Positions 19,591-28,298 of a stretch of 64,000 bases of DNA are shown in pieces (position 1 is the first letter of the stretch; each line of letters begins with the position of its first letter). The stretch comes from an uncultured virus (IMG/VR IMGVR_UViG_3300043424_000625). Its lineage: Duplodnaviria; Heunggongvirae; Uroviricota; Caudoviricetes. The stretch covers positions 1 through 64,000 of the IMG/VR virus record IMGVR_UViG_3300043424_000625; one strand, 5' to 3'. The notes under the pieces were generated by a model. That model saw only the letters and a program-made list of their open reading frames with translations, searched no databases and was not told the DNA's origin. Position numbers and translations under genes: made by a program.

Positions 19591-20009
19591 TGCACTTCCT
19601 TCGGAAGTGTGACCTTGGCGCTCTGAACAGTCTCCGTGTAGAGATCCTGGTAGTGAACCTTGATGTCTCCCGGAAGGCGCTCAATCTGGGCGGGGTCGAC
19701 TTCGGAGCGCAAAACCTTGTACTGCTGAAGCAACTCGAGGTGCCCCAGCTCCTCTGCCAACTCGAGGATGTCCTCCGTCTGGTACACGCGCTTCTTCGTC
19801 CCAGGCTGTACCCGGAACTTGAACCCACCGACATCATGCGTGCCGACACCGGCCTCACGAAGTTCCGTCTTGGCCTTCTCCGCCAAGTCCGCACGTTCCC
19901 CTTCCAGCTCCTGCATCTCCTCAAAGACCTCCGGCTCCGAGGCACGCAGGATGTCCTTGAGTTCACGGAGCCGAACGCTGATCTCGACCAGTCGCGTGGT
20001 GTTCTGCAT
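19587..20009 (-). CDS. Hypothetical coiled-coil protein (140 aa)
   Basis: GAGG RBS, TAATG coupling, helical N-terminus plus beta hairpin. Confidence 0.65.
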   Translation of the reverse strand: MQNTTRLVEISVRLRELKDILRASEPEVFEEMQELEGERADLAEKAKTELREAGVGTHDVGGFKFRVQPGTKKRVYQTEDILELAEELGHLELLQQYKVLRSEVDPAQIERLPGDIKVHYQDLYTETVQSAKVTLPKEVQ

Positions 20010-20722
20010 TAGACACCTCTCACAAGCTTTCTATGGTTGTTGACAATATCGACCGCAAAGCGAAAGTCGCCGAGCGTGTCAAATGTGTGCCCTTTCTTCT
20101 CTTTGACGAGGGCACTGTCCCCCTTCTTGAGGAGGAATCCGCAATCCAGAACCGGGAGCATCGTGTAGCGAACTTCACGTTGCGTCGAAGGAGACACGAT
20201 GGTGATGTCCATCAAGTCCCCTCGCCTCTCAAGGATGTTGACGTTCTTTCCTACGAGCTGCGATGCCGCCGTCTTACCGCCCGCGATGATCAAGATGGGA
20301 TCGATCGCGTAGATGGTCTGGTGCAGCCGCTCCTTGCACTCTTTCAGCTCTGTGGCAGAAGGCGTCCTATCATCTTCAGGGCGGCACAGGACCGAGTTTG
20401 TAAGGAACACATGCCGAAGCATGTACTCTGACAGTCGATCAAAGTAGGCATTGTTATCATCGATGCCGCGAATCTCCTCCAGCTCGTCATCTGACGGCCA
20501 GACCTTCTCGAACAGCTGTAGTAACAGCCGACCAGCCGCCCCTACAAAGGGCGTACCTTCGGCATCCTCCTCTTCACCCGGAGCGCCGCCGACGTAGACA
20601 ATGTCGGCATGCACACTTCCTGCCCCGAAGACCGGCTGAGTCCGGCTCTCACACAGTCGGGGGCATCGGGAGCACCGACTGTACTCGTGATGCAGAGCCC
20701 GAATCCGGCTCAATCCAATCAT
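20009..20722 (-). CDS. Family-4-like uracil-DNA glycosylase homologue with altered catalytic motifs
   Basis: CSRCPRL..SRTQPVFG.G, G.APG.EED..G.PFVG.AG.LL, TNSVLCRP..DRTP...E...C; GGTGAGG RBS before ATG 20722. Confidence 0.8.
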   Translation of the reverse strand: MIGLSRIRALHHEYSRCSRCPRLCESRTQPVFGAGSVHADIVYVGGAPGEEEDAEGTPFVGAAGRLLLQLFEKVWPSDDELEEIRGIDDNNAYFDRLSEYMLRHVFLTNSVLCRPEDDRTPSATELKECKERLHQTIYAIDPILIIAGGKTAASQLVGKNVNILERRGDLMDITIVSPSTQREVRYTMLPVLDCGFLLKKGDSALVKEKKGHTFDTLGDFRFAVDIVNNHRKLVRGV

Positions 20723-20733
20723 GCTTACCTCAC

Positions 20734-22107
20734 CTATATCGAGGTCCAGTTCCATTTCGTTATGACACGGTATTTCTTACGTTGACTTTCACGGATCAAA
20801 GAGTGGATCATTCCCTTACACGCGTCCACCGACTTGTCCATGATCAGAAATACCCACGGTTCCTTCTTACCCGGAAGGGCTCGGAGGATCCGCCCCACGC
20901 TCTGCTGGAACGTAATCGCCGAATGCGAGCGCGCGGCAAAGGGCGTCATCAGAATCAACGTGTCCAGGTCCTTCCGGTTGTAGGCCGCCGCCCCGACGCC
21001 AATCGAGGCAAAGACCAGATTGCTACCGTTCAACAGATCCAGCCTCTCGGTTGACTTCGTCCCTCCGTGAATGACGGTGCTTCCGGGATTGCTCTGCTGG
21101 AACGTCTCGATGTGCTCTGGCCCGTGTGAGAGCGCGTACACGGTCCTTCCTCTTTTGAGGCACTCGTCGATAACTTGCTGGATGACCCGATTCCGATCGG
21201 CATTCTCTGCGAGGGTCTTGTGAAGCCGCCCAATGTTTAGCTGCCCATTTCGGTCCAGCATCCGAGACCGCTCGGCTTCACTGAAGAAGGCTCCGGCATC
21301 TACGACAAAAATCGTAGGAGTTAGGTCTTGAGTGATGTCCGAGTAGAACACCGGGCCGAGGTGCGAGAAGAACACTCCCTCGCAGCGGTCCGTCCTCGTC
21401 GGAGTTGCGGTCAGTCCGATCCTTGTGCCAGAGCCAACACTGCTGGCCTTTGAGAAGAAATCTGCGGCCATGATGTGGCACTCGTCATAGATGACGAGCC
21501 CGAATCGACGGTAGAAGTCAGGCGGCAGCAATCCTTCCTCTGCGCGCGCGGCCAATGTCTGGACGGTCGAGACGCAGATGTCTTCCTCGTACTCGAACTT
21601 CTTACCTTGGATCCATCCAATCTTTTTCTTATAGTCGAAGAACTGGTGTAGCTCTGCAATCCAGTTGTCGAGGTGCGCCGTCTGTGGACTAACAATGAGT
21701 GTCGGCACTCCCTCATGCGCGGCCTTGGCCCATCCAAGCACGGTCTTTCCTTTGCCACATGCAAGATTCAGGACTCCGCGATCTGCCACCTTGAGTGCCT
21801 CCCAAGCCTCCTCTTGGTTGTCTCGAAGCTGAAAGGAAGGCTTTGGCGTCAACTCAATCTTTGGGAACTCTGGGCGATAGTCTATGAACTCACACCCGAG
21901 CTTCTCAATCTGGGCATCTGTCAGCGTGTAGCGCGGAACCTGAACGTGAAGAGGATGATCCACGACCAGGTCGCGCGTTCCACGGGAAGGGTCATCCCCG
22001 AAGGTCAGGAGCCCTTCAACCATGGAACGCTTGACATGGCTCTTTGGCAAGAAAAGATGCCGACCTCGGTAAGCCGTGGCCTCTTTCAAGATCGGCAGCT
22101 TGATCAT
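20734..22107 (-). CDS. Superfamily 2 DExH helicase (UvsW/XPB-like)
   Basis: Q motif LRDNQ, ACGKGKT, DECH, GLTATP.R.D, QSVGRILR. Confidence 0.9.
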   Translation of the reverse strand: MIKLPILKEATAYRGRHLFLPKSHVKRSMVEGLLTFGDDPSRGTRDLVVDHPLHVQVPRYTLTDAQIEKLGCEFIDYRPEFPKIELTPKPSFQLRDNQEEAWEALKVADRGVLNLACGKGKTVLGWAKAAHEGVPTLIVSPQTAHLDNWIAELHQFFDYKKKIGWIQGKKFEYEEDICVSTVQTLAARAEEGLLPPDFYRRFGLVIYDECHIMAADFFSKASSVGSGTRIGLTATPTRTDRCEGVFFSHLGPVFYSDITQDLTPTIFVVDAGAFFSEAERSRMLDRNGQLNIGRLHKTLAENADRNRVIQQVIDECLKRGRTVYALSHGPEHIETFQQSNPGSTVIHGGTKSTERLDLLNGSNLVFASIGVGAAAYNRKDLDTLILMTPFAARSHSAITFQQSVGRILRALPGKKEPWVFLIMDKSVDACKGMIHSLIRESQRKKYRVITKWNWTSI

Positions 22108-22511
22108 TTTCTAGATTTCCGTAAGGAAGGATAACCTTCGCGCGGAATCCGCGCAAAAGCAGATGCGATAGTCTCGAAGCTGGCAGTTGCCGCATCCAGA
22201 CTTACATTCCAGGCCAGGGCCGAGAAGAACGTGGACTCCTCGGTTGGAGGGGCGTACACTGGCTCAGGGCGACGATTCCTATATGCAGTCGCTGCGGTTG
22301 TAGGGACGGCAGTCGCTGTGTGCGGTGCTGGTGAATGAACTCTCCGTTGTTCTCGATCGAGCGCACCGACTTTGAGTCGGCAGGTGCCTTTGAACCGACA
22401 CTGCCTACACACGTCGTTCGTGATATCGTAATAGTCGGGATCTCCGTAGCACTCTGGCCTTCCTGATGAGGCATCCTCGTCATCTGCGAATCGACTTGAG
22501 AAAGTTCCCAT
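22104..22511 (-). CDS. Hypothetical protein with 4-Cys metal-binding motif
   Basis: ECYG...C.QC.F...C; first gene of the - strand operon. Confidence 0.6.
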   Translation of the reverse strand: MGTFSSRFADDEDASSGRPECYGDPDYYDITNDVCRQCRFKGTCRLKVGALDREQRRVHSPAPHTATAVPTTAATAYRNRRPEPVYAPPTEESTFFSALAWNVSLDAATASFETIASAFARIPREGYPSLRKSRK

Positions 22512-22540
22512 GCACTAACCTCTGGTTGGGTGCTACAAGG

Positions 22541-22548
22541 CTTATGAC
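22541..22548 (-). promoter_or_regulatory. Conserved octamer GTCATAAG, copy 1 (candidate phage promoter)
   Basis: Identical octamer in the divergent gaps at 22541, 28271 and 43283; about 30 nt upstream of ATG 22511. Confidence 0.6.
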
Positions 22549-22591
22549 TGCGTATACTGGGATCTACATTTTCTCCTTCAGGAGCTAAAAC

Positions 22592-23686
22592 ATGGCTGTA
22601 GTCGACCATCATGACGACCTCGGAGAGCTGTTTCGCACGACTGGACCCAAGAGCGGCGTCGAGTTCCTCAAGACGGCATCCTGGAAGGAGCGTGACGATC
22701 TGTATGACCGTGACTTCGCGCTCATCATCATGGACAGCCAAGGCAAGGAGCATCGCAAGTTTGCGTGCCATGACGCGGGCAACACCTTTCTCTCGCAGTG
22801 GTACTTGCTCAACGCAGAGCACGGCCTGCCCAGCGGGGCGGTCAAGGTGGCCGCGGCCAATCTTCTCGATGCGGCCGACGCACTCGGACTCGCCTCTCAC
22901 CCGGCACTGACCATCCTTGCCAATGAGGGAGACGATCTTCCCGGGGACGGACGCCGCGTACTGATCAAGGCGGCGTCTGCCGCTACGCAGTACGCGAAAA
23001 CCGCCTCATACGAGCCGTCGCAGATCATGCGTCCTCTTGGAAAGGGCATGTCTGTGCCGCTGGGTAGGCATGAGAAGACTGCGTCTGCCTTTGATGCGAT
23101 CTCGGCCCTCGTTGAGGCATGGGATGACCTCGATCCGTACGATCGGCACGAGGCCGCAGTCGACATTGTGAAGGTCGCAAGCGACATCGGTGCGCAGATC
23201 CCGGATCACATCTTCCGTTACAGCGGGACCACACTCAACCCGCGCTTTGAGAAGGTTGCTTCTCGTCGCGCAGAGTACACAGCCAACCCCGCGTACCAGG
23301 AAGACTACCTTCGACTGGCCAAGATGGCGGCGGCGCTCGATCCAGACGATGTCGTCGAGGCGCTCTTCCTGATGGACGAGCGTGCTGGACTCCTAAATCG
23401 TTATGGCCAGAACATCCCTGACCCCGTACTCACAGTTTTTGGCACGGAAAAGCAGGCTGAGTATTCCTGGGTTCACGGAGGCGACTACGTCACGGCTTCC
23501 ATGCTGATGCGATATGCCGGTAGCACCGCCGCACACACTGCGCTGCAAGATGTTTTTGAGGAGGACGTAGTGTCGCGGTTCAAGAGCGATCCGATTGGCA
23601 CATTCAAGAAGATGCCGCTAGAGCAGCAGATCCTCCTGTCCCGTATGGCCTCGCAGTCCAGAGATACAAACAATGGTGGGTACTGA
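22592..23686 (+). CDS. KxAS-motif protein, probable internal head/scaffold-type protein
   Basis: AGGAG RBS; six KxAS motifs (KTAS x3, KVAS x2, KAAS); upstream of portal. Confidence 0.6.
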   Translation: MAVVDHHDDLGELFRTTGPKSGVEFLKTASWKERDDLYDRDFALIIMDSQGKEHRKFACHDAGNTFLSQWYLLNAEHGLPSGAVKVAAANLLDAADALGLASHPALTILANEGDDLPGDGRRVLIKAASAATQYAKTASYEPSQIMRPLGKGMSVPLGRHEKTASAFDAISALVEAWDDLDPYDRHEAAVDIVKVASDIGAQIPDHIFRYSGTTLNPRFEKVASRRAEYTANPAYQEDYLRLAKMAAALDPDDVVEALFLMDERAGLLNRYGQNIPDPVLTVFGTEKQAEYSWVHGGDYVTASMLMRYAGSTAAHTALQDVFEEDVVSRFKSDPIGTFKKMPLEQQILLSRMASQSRDTNNGGY

Positions 23687-24461
23687 TATCCAGGTATTCA
23701 AGGACGAGAAGAGTCATCCTCTCTCCTTGCTTCGTGGCTACCTTTCTCTCTTCGGCCCAAGAGCGTTGGAGTGGGAACCTTTTGTCGTTAAAAGGTCTGT
23801 TGAGGATCGCCTGAAACTCAACATCCCCCGTGTCGTGCTCATGAAGCTACTGGCGGCCATTTCGGTTGCCAACCACGACATGTTTTGGAAGAGCTGGGAA
23901 ACGTTCCACACAGTCTCTCAGGCCCTTGTGGGTAAGATCCCATCTGTTTCACATATTGATAACCAGTCAGTCTCTGACCTTATGTTGGCCGTAGATGCGG
24001 CTAACAGAATCCGATTGGACTTAGGGACCCTCGGAGACATTCCATTATTTGCGGAGGAGGTCCGGCGGTATATGGCCGCGCAGCTCCATGAGTCGGGAAT
24101 CTGGTACGTACCGGAGCCACTGGAGTTTTTAAATCCTCTGATCTCGAAGACCACACAGGTCTGCGGAGAGTGCGGAAATGAAGAGGAGCCAAAAGAGGAT
24201 GGCCTCTGTAGCTACTGCACAGACCGATACAACACGGACAGTCTATTGAAGATGGAGCCAGACGAGGGGCTTCGAAAGAAGTTTAATGGGTCTAAGGTAA
24301 AGATTGTCACTAAGCTTCCAACTGCGGGCGTGCAGAGGACCCTGGTCGCTCTTCTAAGTAAAAAGAACCCGACCCTTCTAGAAACTGCTGATGATATATG
24401 CGCGGTAAAACTATATGAGGCCGTCGATGCCCTCTTCCGCTACACTGCCGAGCTGAGGTGA
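23673..24461 (+). CDS. Hypothetical protein with zinc-ribbon (CGEC...CSYC)
   Basis: 262-aa ORF coupled in the operon. Confidence 0.6.
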   Translation: MVGTDIQVFKDEKSHPLSLLRGYLSLFGPRALEWEPFVVKRSVEDRLKLNIPRVVLMKLLAAISVANHDMFWKSWETFHTVSQALVGKIPSVSHIDNQSVSDLMLAVDAANRIRLDLGTLGDIPLFAEEVRRYMAAQLHESGIWYVPEPLEFLNPLISKTTQVCGECGNEEEPKEDGLCSYCTDRYNTDSLLKMEPDEGLRKKFNGSKVKIVTKLPTAGVQRTLVALLSKKNPTLLETADDICAVKLYEAVDALFRYTAELR

Positions 24462-24464
24462 ACT

Positions 24465-25487
24465 ATGAATAAAAGCGTTCTTTACTCGTTCTCACTTGAG
24501 TTGCAAAAACAAGCTGGGATTTCTTCGGCTACCCCCTCTGCGCCAGAGGCACAGGAGCCAAAGAAAAAAAATATCATACAAAGAAACTTCACGGGTCCGG
24601 GCGTGGTTCTCCCCGCAATCGGAGGTTTGGTAGCTGGTGCGGCCCTACTTCGTAATCCTAGCGGGGCCGGTAAGCTCTTTACGGCAGCTAAGGAAGTAGC
24701 GACTAAGCCCGTTCAAAGTATTAAGCGCGGGCTGTCAAGCGGAGCCAGCTTCGCAGGAAATAATGCCGACGAGTTTACTCAGGGGGCTGCTAGGTCTAAA
24801 CGCGTGGAGCTTATGAATGAGGCCTTTGAAAACGCGCTTGATGGCACTGCAACACAGTTTGACGCGTTATCAGATACGGCTGGAGCAGCCCGCAAGGGAG
24901 GATGGGCAAGCGCAGGCGAAAGGTCCTCTGGTGGGCTGACTGGATTTTTTAACAAAGATCCGAAGTTTAACGCTAGCGACAACTTAAGATCTAAAATTAC
25001 AAGCATCATGGATCGCCAGCGCGCGGGAGAAATGATTCCAGAGGAAGAGTTGCTTGACGCGTATCGGCAGATCGGCCAAGAAGCTGGCGCACAGAACGTA
25101 AAATTACGCGGGGGCATCTCCACGTATATGCCAGGCGAGCGGGCGATTGAGGTCGGCCAGGTGGGAGTCACTGGTGTCGCCAACGCGCTCCCCTCCACCG
25201 ACGATGAGGGCAATGAGCGTGGTGTTGCGGAGAGGCTCGCTCGTGGCCTAACTGCTGCGGGTATCACCGCTGGAACGGCTCATCTATTTACCGGTAGAAA
25301 CTTAGGATTAGGTAAATCTAACTTGATCACAGGCGGAAAGAGGTCTTTCCTAAGCCAGAAACTGATCGTTCCGTCAGCGGTAGGGATGGCAGCAGTTCCA
25401 TTTGAAGGACTGGCTTCTGACGTTACAGGATCTGCTGGCTCTGTCTTAGACAGAGCATTCGGTCAGGGAAAGGATGAGCAGTCATGA
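24465..25487 (+). CDS. Leader-KxA protein with Gly/Ala-rich hydrophobic segments (candidate virion cargo)
   Basis: N-terminal FSLELQKQAG; segments VVLPAIGGLVAGAALL and GLTAAGITAGTA; visibly more AT-rich than the portal gene. Confidence 0.6.
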   Translation: MNKSVLYSFSLELQKQAGISSATPSAPEAQEPKKKNIIQRNFTGPGVVLPAIGGLVAGAALLRNPSGAGKLFTAAKEVATKPVQSIKRGLSSGASFAGNNADEFTQGAARSKRVELMNEAFENALDGTATQFDALSDTAGAARKGGWASAGERSSGGLTGFFNKDPKFNASDNLRSKITSIMDRQRAGEMIPEEELLDAYRQIGQEAGAQNVKLRGGISTYMPGERAIEVGQVGVTGVANALPSTDDEGNERGVAERLARGLTAAGITAGTAHLFTGRNLGLGKSNLITGGKRSFLSQKLIVPSAVGMAAVPFEGLASDVTGSAGSVLDRAFGQGKDEQS

Positions 25488-27520
25488 ACGTCATTACCAG
25501 CGAAGTAAACCGTTTTAATCCGAGGCCAGTCACCACTGAGGGTGGCCGAGGATTCGGCATTCGCTATCCGTCGCCGTTCTTTGACATCTCTCAGCAGTTC
25601 CTTCCATCTAATCAGCACGAACTACACAAGTGGTGCCGGTATTACTTCTTGACAAATCCGGTGATCAACGCCGCGTGCTCCAAAATGGCAGAGTACCCGG
25701 TCACCCCTCTTATTTTTGAGACAGACGACCCGGAGGTGATGAAGCTTTATAAGAAGGTAGAGGATCACCTCAAGCTGCGCTCATTTCAGGTCGAGGTCGG
25801 GCTCGACTACTTCGTATACGGAAACGCCTTTGTCTCGGTGTTCCTGCCGTTCGAGAAGTACCTCATCTGTGCTTCCTGCGGCGCACGCTACCGTGCCAAG
25901 ACCAACAGATTCCGCTACAAGTGGCGTGACTCTCGTTTCTACCTTCACAAGTGCGACTGTGGCCACGAGGGCTACGCGAAGCAGCACGATGTCTACGTTC
26001 GGAGCTTCCGCCAGATTCGCCTGGTTCGGTGGAATCCAGAGAACATCGACATCAAGCACAACGAGATTACTGGAAAGACCAAGTACTACTTCCGCCTACC
26101 CAAGAGCGTGATCAACGACATCAAACTTGGAGACTGCGACGAGATTGAGTCGCTTCCCCTCGAGTTCCTTGAAGCCGCCCGCGCGAACAAGTCACTCCTC
26201 TTTTCGGAGGACAACCTCTACCATCTGAAGCGACCGACGATCGCCCAGAAGGATCAAGGCTGGGGCACGCCCCTGATCTTCCCGCTTCTGAAGGATGCGT
26301 TCTACCTCCAGGTCATGAAGAAGGCCAACGAGGCAATCCTCATGGAGAACATCGTTCCCATGCGGATGATCTTCCCGGGCCAGAACACTGGAGGCAACGA
26401 GGGGCCCTACGGGGCCTACAACCTGACGAACTGGAAACGTCGGGTAGATGAAGAAATCAACATGTGGAAGCGGGATCACAACTACATCCCGGTCCTTCCT
26501 GTCAACATCGGATTCCAGCAGATCGGTGGACAAGGTCGCGCCCTGTTGATGTACCAAGAGATGCGTCTTCTGGCTGAGCAGATGCTTGCTGGCGCCGGCA
26601 TTCCTGTGGAGTTCATCTTCGGAGGACTCCAGTGGTCTGGATCGAGTACCTCGCTCCGGGCACTGGAAAACATGTTCCTGGGGTACAACAAGCAGCGCCA
26701 CGAGCTGATCAACGTCTTCATCATGGGTAAGATTGCCTCCTTCATGGAGTGGCCCAAGGTCTCGTCGAGATTCGACAAGTTCCGTATGGCTGATGACTTG
26801 CAAAGAAGCATGTTCTACCTCCAACTCAACCAGGCTCAGAAGATCAGCGATCATCGCCTCATGGAAGAACTTGGGGAGGATTTCGATCTCGAGTCGGAGC
26901 GCATGCGCGAAGAGATCAAGAAGCAGCTTCAGTCCAATCGCCGCATGCAGGTCGCTTCGGCAGATATTCAGGGAGAAGCCCAGCTTCGGACCTCACGCTA
27001 CCAAGCCAAGGCGCAGGCCCTGACCATGCGCGCACAGGGCCAGGTACAAATGGAGATGCAGCAGGCAGCGCAGCAGGCTGCCGCACAGCAGCAAGCGCAG
27101 GGCGCAATGCCGCAAGACCCGGCCGCTCAGCAGGGACCCGCTGGAGATCAGGCTCAGCAAACTCCTGGGCTTCCAGAAGGAGCTACCGCCTACGATGAGA
27201 ATGCGGCCACTCCGAATCAGGATGGAATGCCCGCCGCTATGGCGTCTGCCCAGTCACCAATCCAGCCTGGGTCAGGGGGTGTGGACCTGCGGTACATCGC
27301 GCAGCGCGCAGCATCGTTCTTACGCATGCTAAAAAAAGAACAGGGCGAAGAAGCCATGTATCAAGCTCTTCAGCAAATGCAGATGGAGAATCCTCCGTTG
27401 TATCAGCTGGTTATCCAACTAATGAATGACCGCGGCTCGCAGATCGATCCTCTCAACGCGCAGCAAAATCCGGCACCTAACGGAACGCCACAGGCTGACC
27501 CAGGAAGAGCAATCGGCTGA
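25484..27520 (+). CDS. Portal protein with zinc-ribbon insertion and Gln-rich C-terminus
   Basis: YF.TNPVINAAC.KMAEYP, DYFVYGNAF, LYHLK...WG.PLI, AGIPVEFIFGG portal pattern. Confidence 0.75.
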   Translation: MNVITSEVNRFNPRPVTTEGGRGFGIRYPSPFFDISQQFLPSNQHELHKWCRYYFLTNPVINAACSKMAEYPVTPLIFETDDPEVMKLYKKVEDHLKLRSFQVEVGLDYFVYGNAFVSVFLPFEKYLICASCGARYRAKTNRFRYKWRDSRFYLHKCDCGHEGYAKQHDVYVRSFRQIRLVRWNPENIDIKHNEITGKTKYYFRLPKSVINDIKLGDCDEIESLPLEFLEAARANKSLLFSEDNLYHLKRPTIAQKDQGWGTPLIFPLLKDAFYLQVMKKANEAILMENIVPMRMIFPGQNTGGNEGPYGAYNLTNWKRRVDEEINMWKRDHNYIPVLPVNIGFQQIGGQGRALLMYQEMRLLAEQMLAGAGIPVEFIFGGLQWSGSSTSLRALENMFLGYNKQRHELINVFIMGKIASFMEWPKVSSRFDKFRMADDLQRSMFYLQLNQAQKISDHRLMEELGEDFDLESERMREEIKKQLQSNRRMQVASADIQGEAQLRTSRYQAKAQALTMRAQGQVQMEMQQAAQQAAAQQQAQGAMPQDPAAQQGPAGDQAQQTPGLPEGATAYDENAATPNQDGMPAAMASAQSPIQPGSGGVDLRYIAQRAASFLRMLKKEQGEEAMYQALQQMQMENPPLYQLVIQLMNDRGSQIDPLNAQQNPAPNGTPQADPGRAIG

Positions 27521-27522
27521 CC

Positions 27523-27777
27523 TCAGCGAGTGAGATCGGCCGGTCTCTTCCTGGGCTGGTCGATCTGGATACCACTGTATAGACCGTCAAGAATTTCTCG
27601 CGCGTTGTCCACGAAGCACTTTTCGTGGAACATCGCCTCGCTTCCGAAGGTTGAGAAGGTTTCGTCCTCAATGTCCCACTTGCGGGGACGACGTACAACA
27701 CGATGCCGCGCCAGGCTGACCATGCGGTCATCTGTCGTGGCAGTCGCGTCGCACCAGTCGCATCGAAACGGAATCAT
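27523..27777 (-). CDS. Small hypothetical protein (CxxC...HxxC)
   Basis: 84-aa ORF convergent with portal, coupled to the upstream ORF. Confidence 0.5.
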   Translation of the reverse strand: MIPFRCDWCDATATTDDRMVSLARHRVVRRPRKWDIEDETFSTFGSEAMFHEKCFVDNAREILDGLYSGIQIDQPRKRPADLTR

Positions 27778-28094
27778 CTCTTCACCGGCGCGAGGAAGCT
27801 AGAGTAATCTCCACAGTCGGCACAGTGGCCCGACGTCCAGAACGGTTCTGCTGGGTATACTCGAACGCAGGCAGAACAGAGCCAGACTCTTGGCCCAATC
27901 GCGGGGCATCCGCCACACTCCAGAAGTCCACACTTCTCTTCGATGAGGGGGCAGTAGACCTGAATGGTGTCTTCCTCCTCGGTCTTAAAAAGAAGGTCGC
28001 TTCTGTGTGGACGCGAGGGCATGCCCCCGATCTCGGCGTTGAGCCGAGATCGGAGGCGCCCCGCGGTCTTACTTGTCACCAATCTCAGAGGCAA
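27774..28094 (-). CDS. Small Cys-rich hypothetical protein (start uncertain)
   Basis: Eight Cys including CGGC, CSAC, CADC. Confidence 0.5.
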   Translation of the reverse strand: MPLRLVTSKTAGRLRSRLNAEIGGMPSRPHRSDLLFKTEEEDTIQVYCPLIEEKCGLLECGGCPAIGPRVWLCSACVRVYPAEPFWTSGHCADCGDYSSFLAPVKR

Positions 28095-28158
28095 TCACCT
28101 GCCCCGCCGTCTTCAAAGCCGCCGCGATTGCGGCGGCAACAAACAGTATTGAAAGCAT
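28069..28158 (-). CDS. 29-aa hydrophobic micro-protein; not in the ORF track
   Basis: GGAG RBS, TAATG coupling; MLSILFVAAAIAAALKTAGQVIASEIGDK*. Confidence 0.45.
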   Translation of the reverse strand: MLSILFVAAAIAAALKTAGQVIASEIGDK

Positions 28159-28232
28159 TACCAGTCTCCGAACTCGTCCGTTTTCTTCCAGGGGTTGGCC
28201 TTCCCTTCCTCAGTATCGTCGGGCTCGCTCAT
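28158..28232 (-). CDS. 24-aa acidic micro-protein; not in the ORF track
   Basis: AAGGAG RBS; MSEPDDTEEGKANPWKKTDEFGDW*. Confidence 0.45.
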   Translation of the reverse strand: MSEPDDTEEGKANPWKKTDEFGDW

Positions 28233-28242
28233 CTACTCTCCT

Positions 28243-28272
28243 TTGCCGGGGCTATACTCCGGCTGTTATACT
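28243..28272 (+). promoter_or_regulatory. Sigma70-like promoter upstream of the RNAP gene
   Basis: TTGCCG-N18-TATACT with extended -10 TG (28264-65); GGAG RBS and ATG 28299 follow. Confidence 0.5.
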
Positions 28273-28278
28273 TATGAC
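28271..28278 (-). promoter_or_regulatory. Conserved octamer GTCATAAG, copy 2
   Basis: About 39 nt upstream of ATG 28232 on - strand. Confidence 0.6.
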
Positions 28279-28298
28279 CTGCACTGGAGATATTTTTA

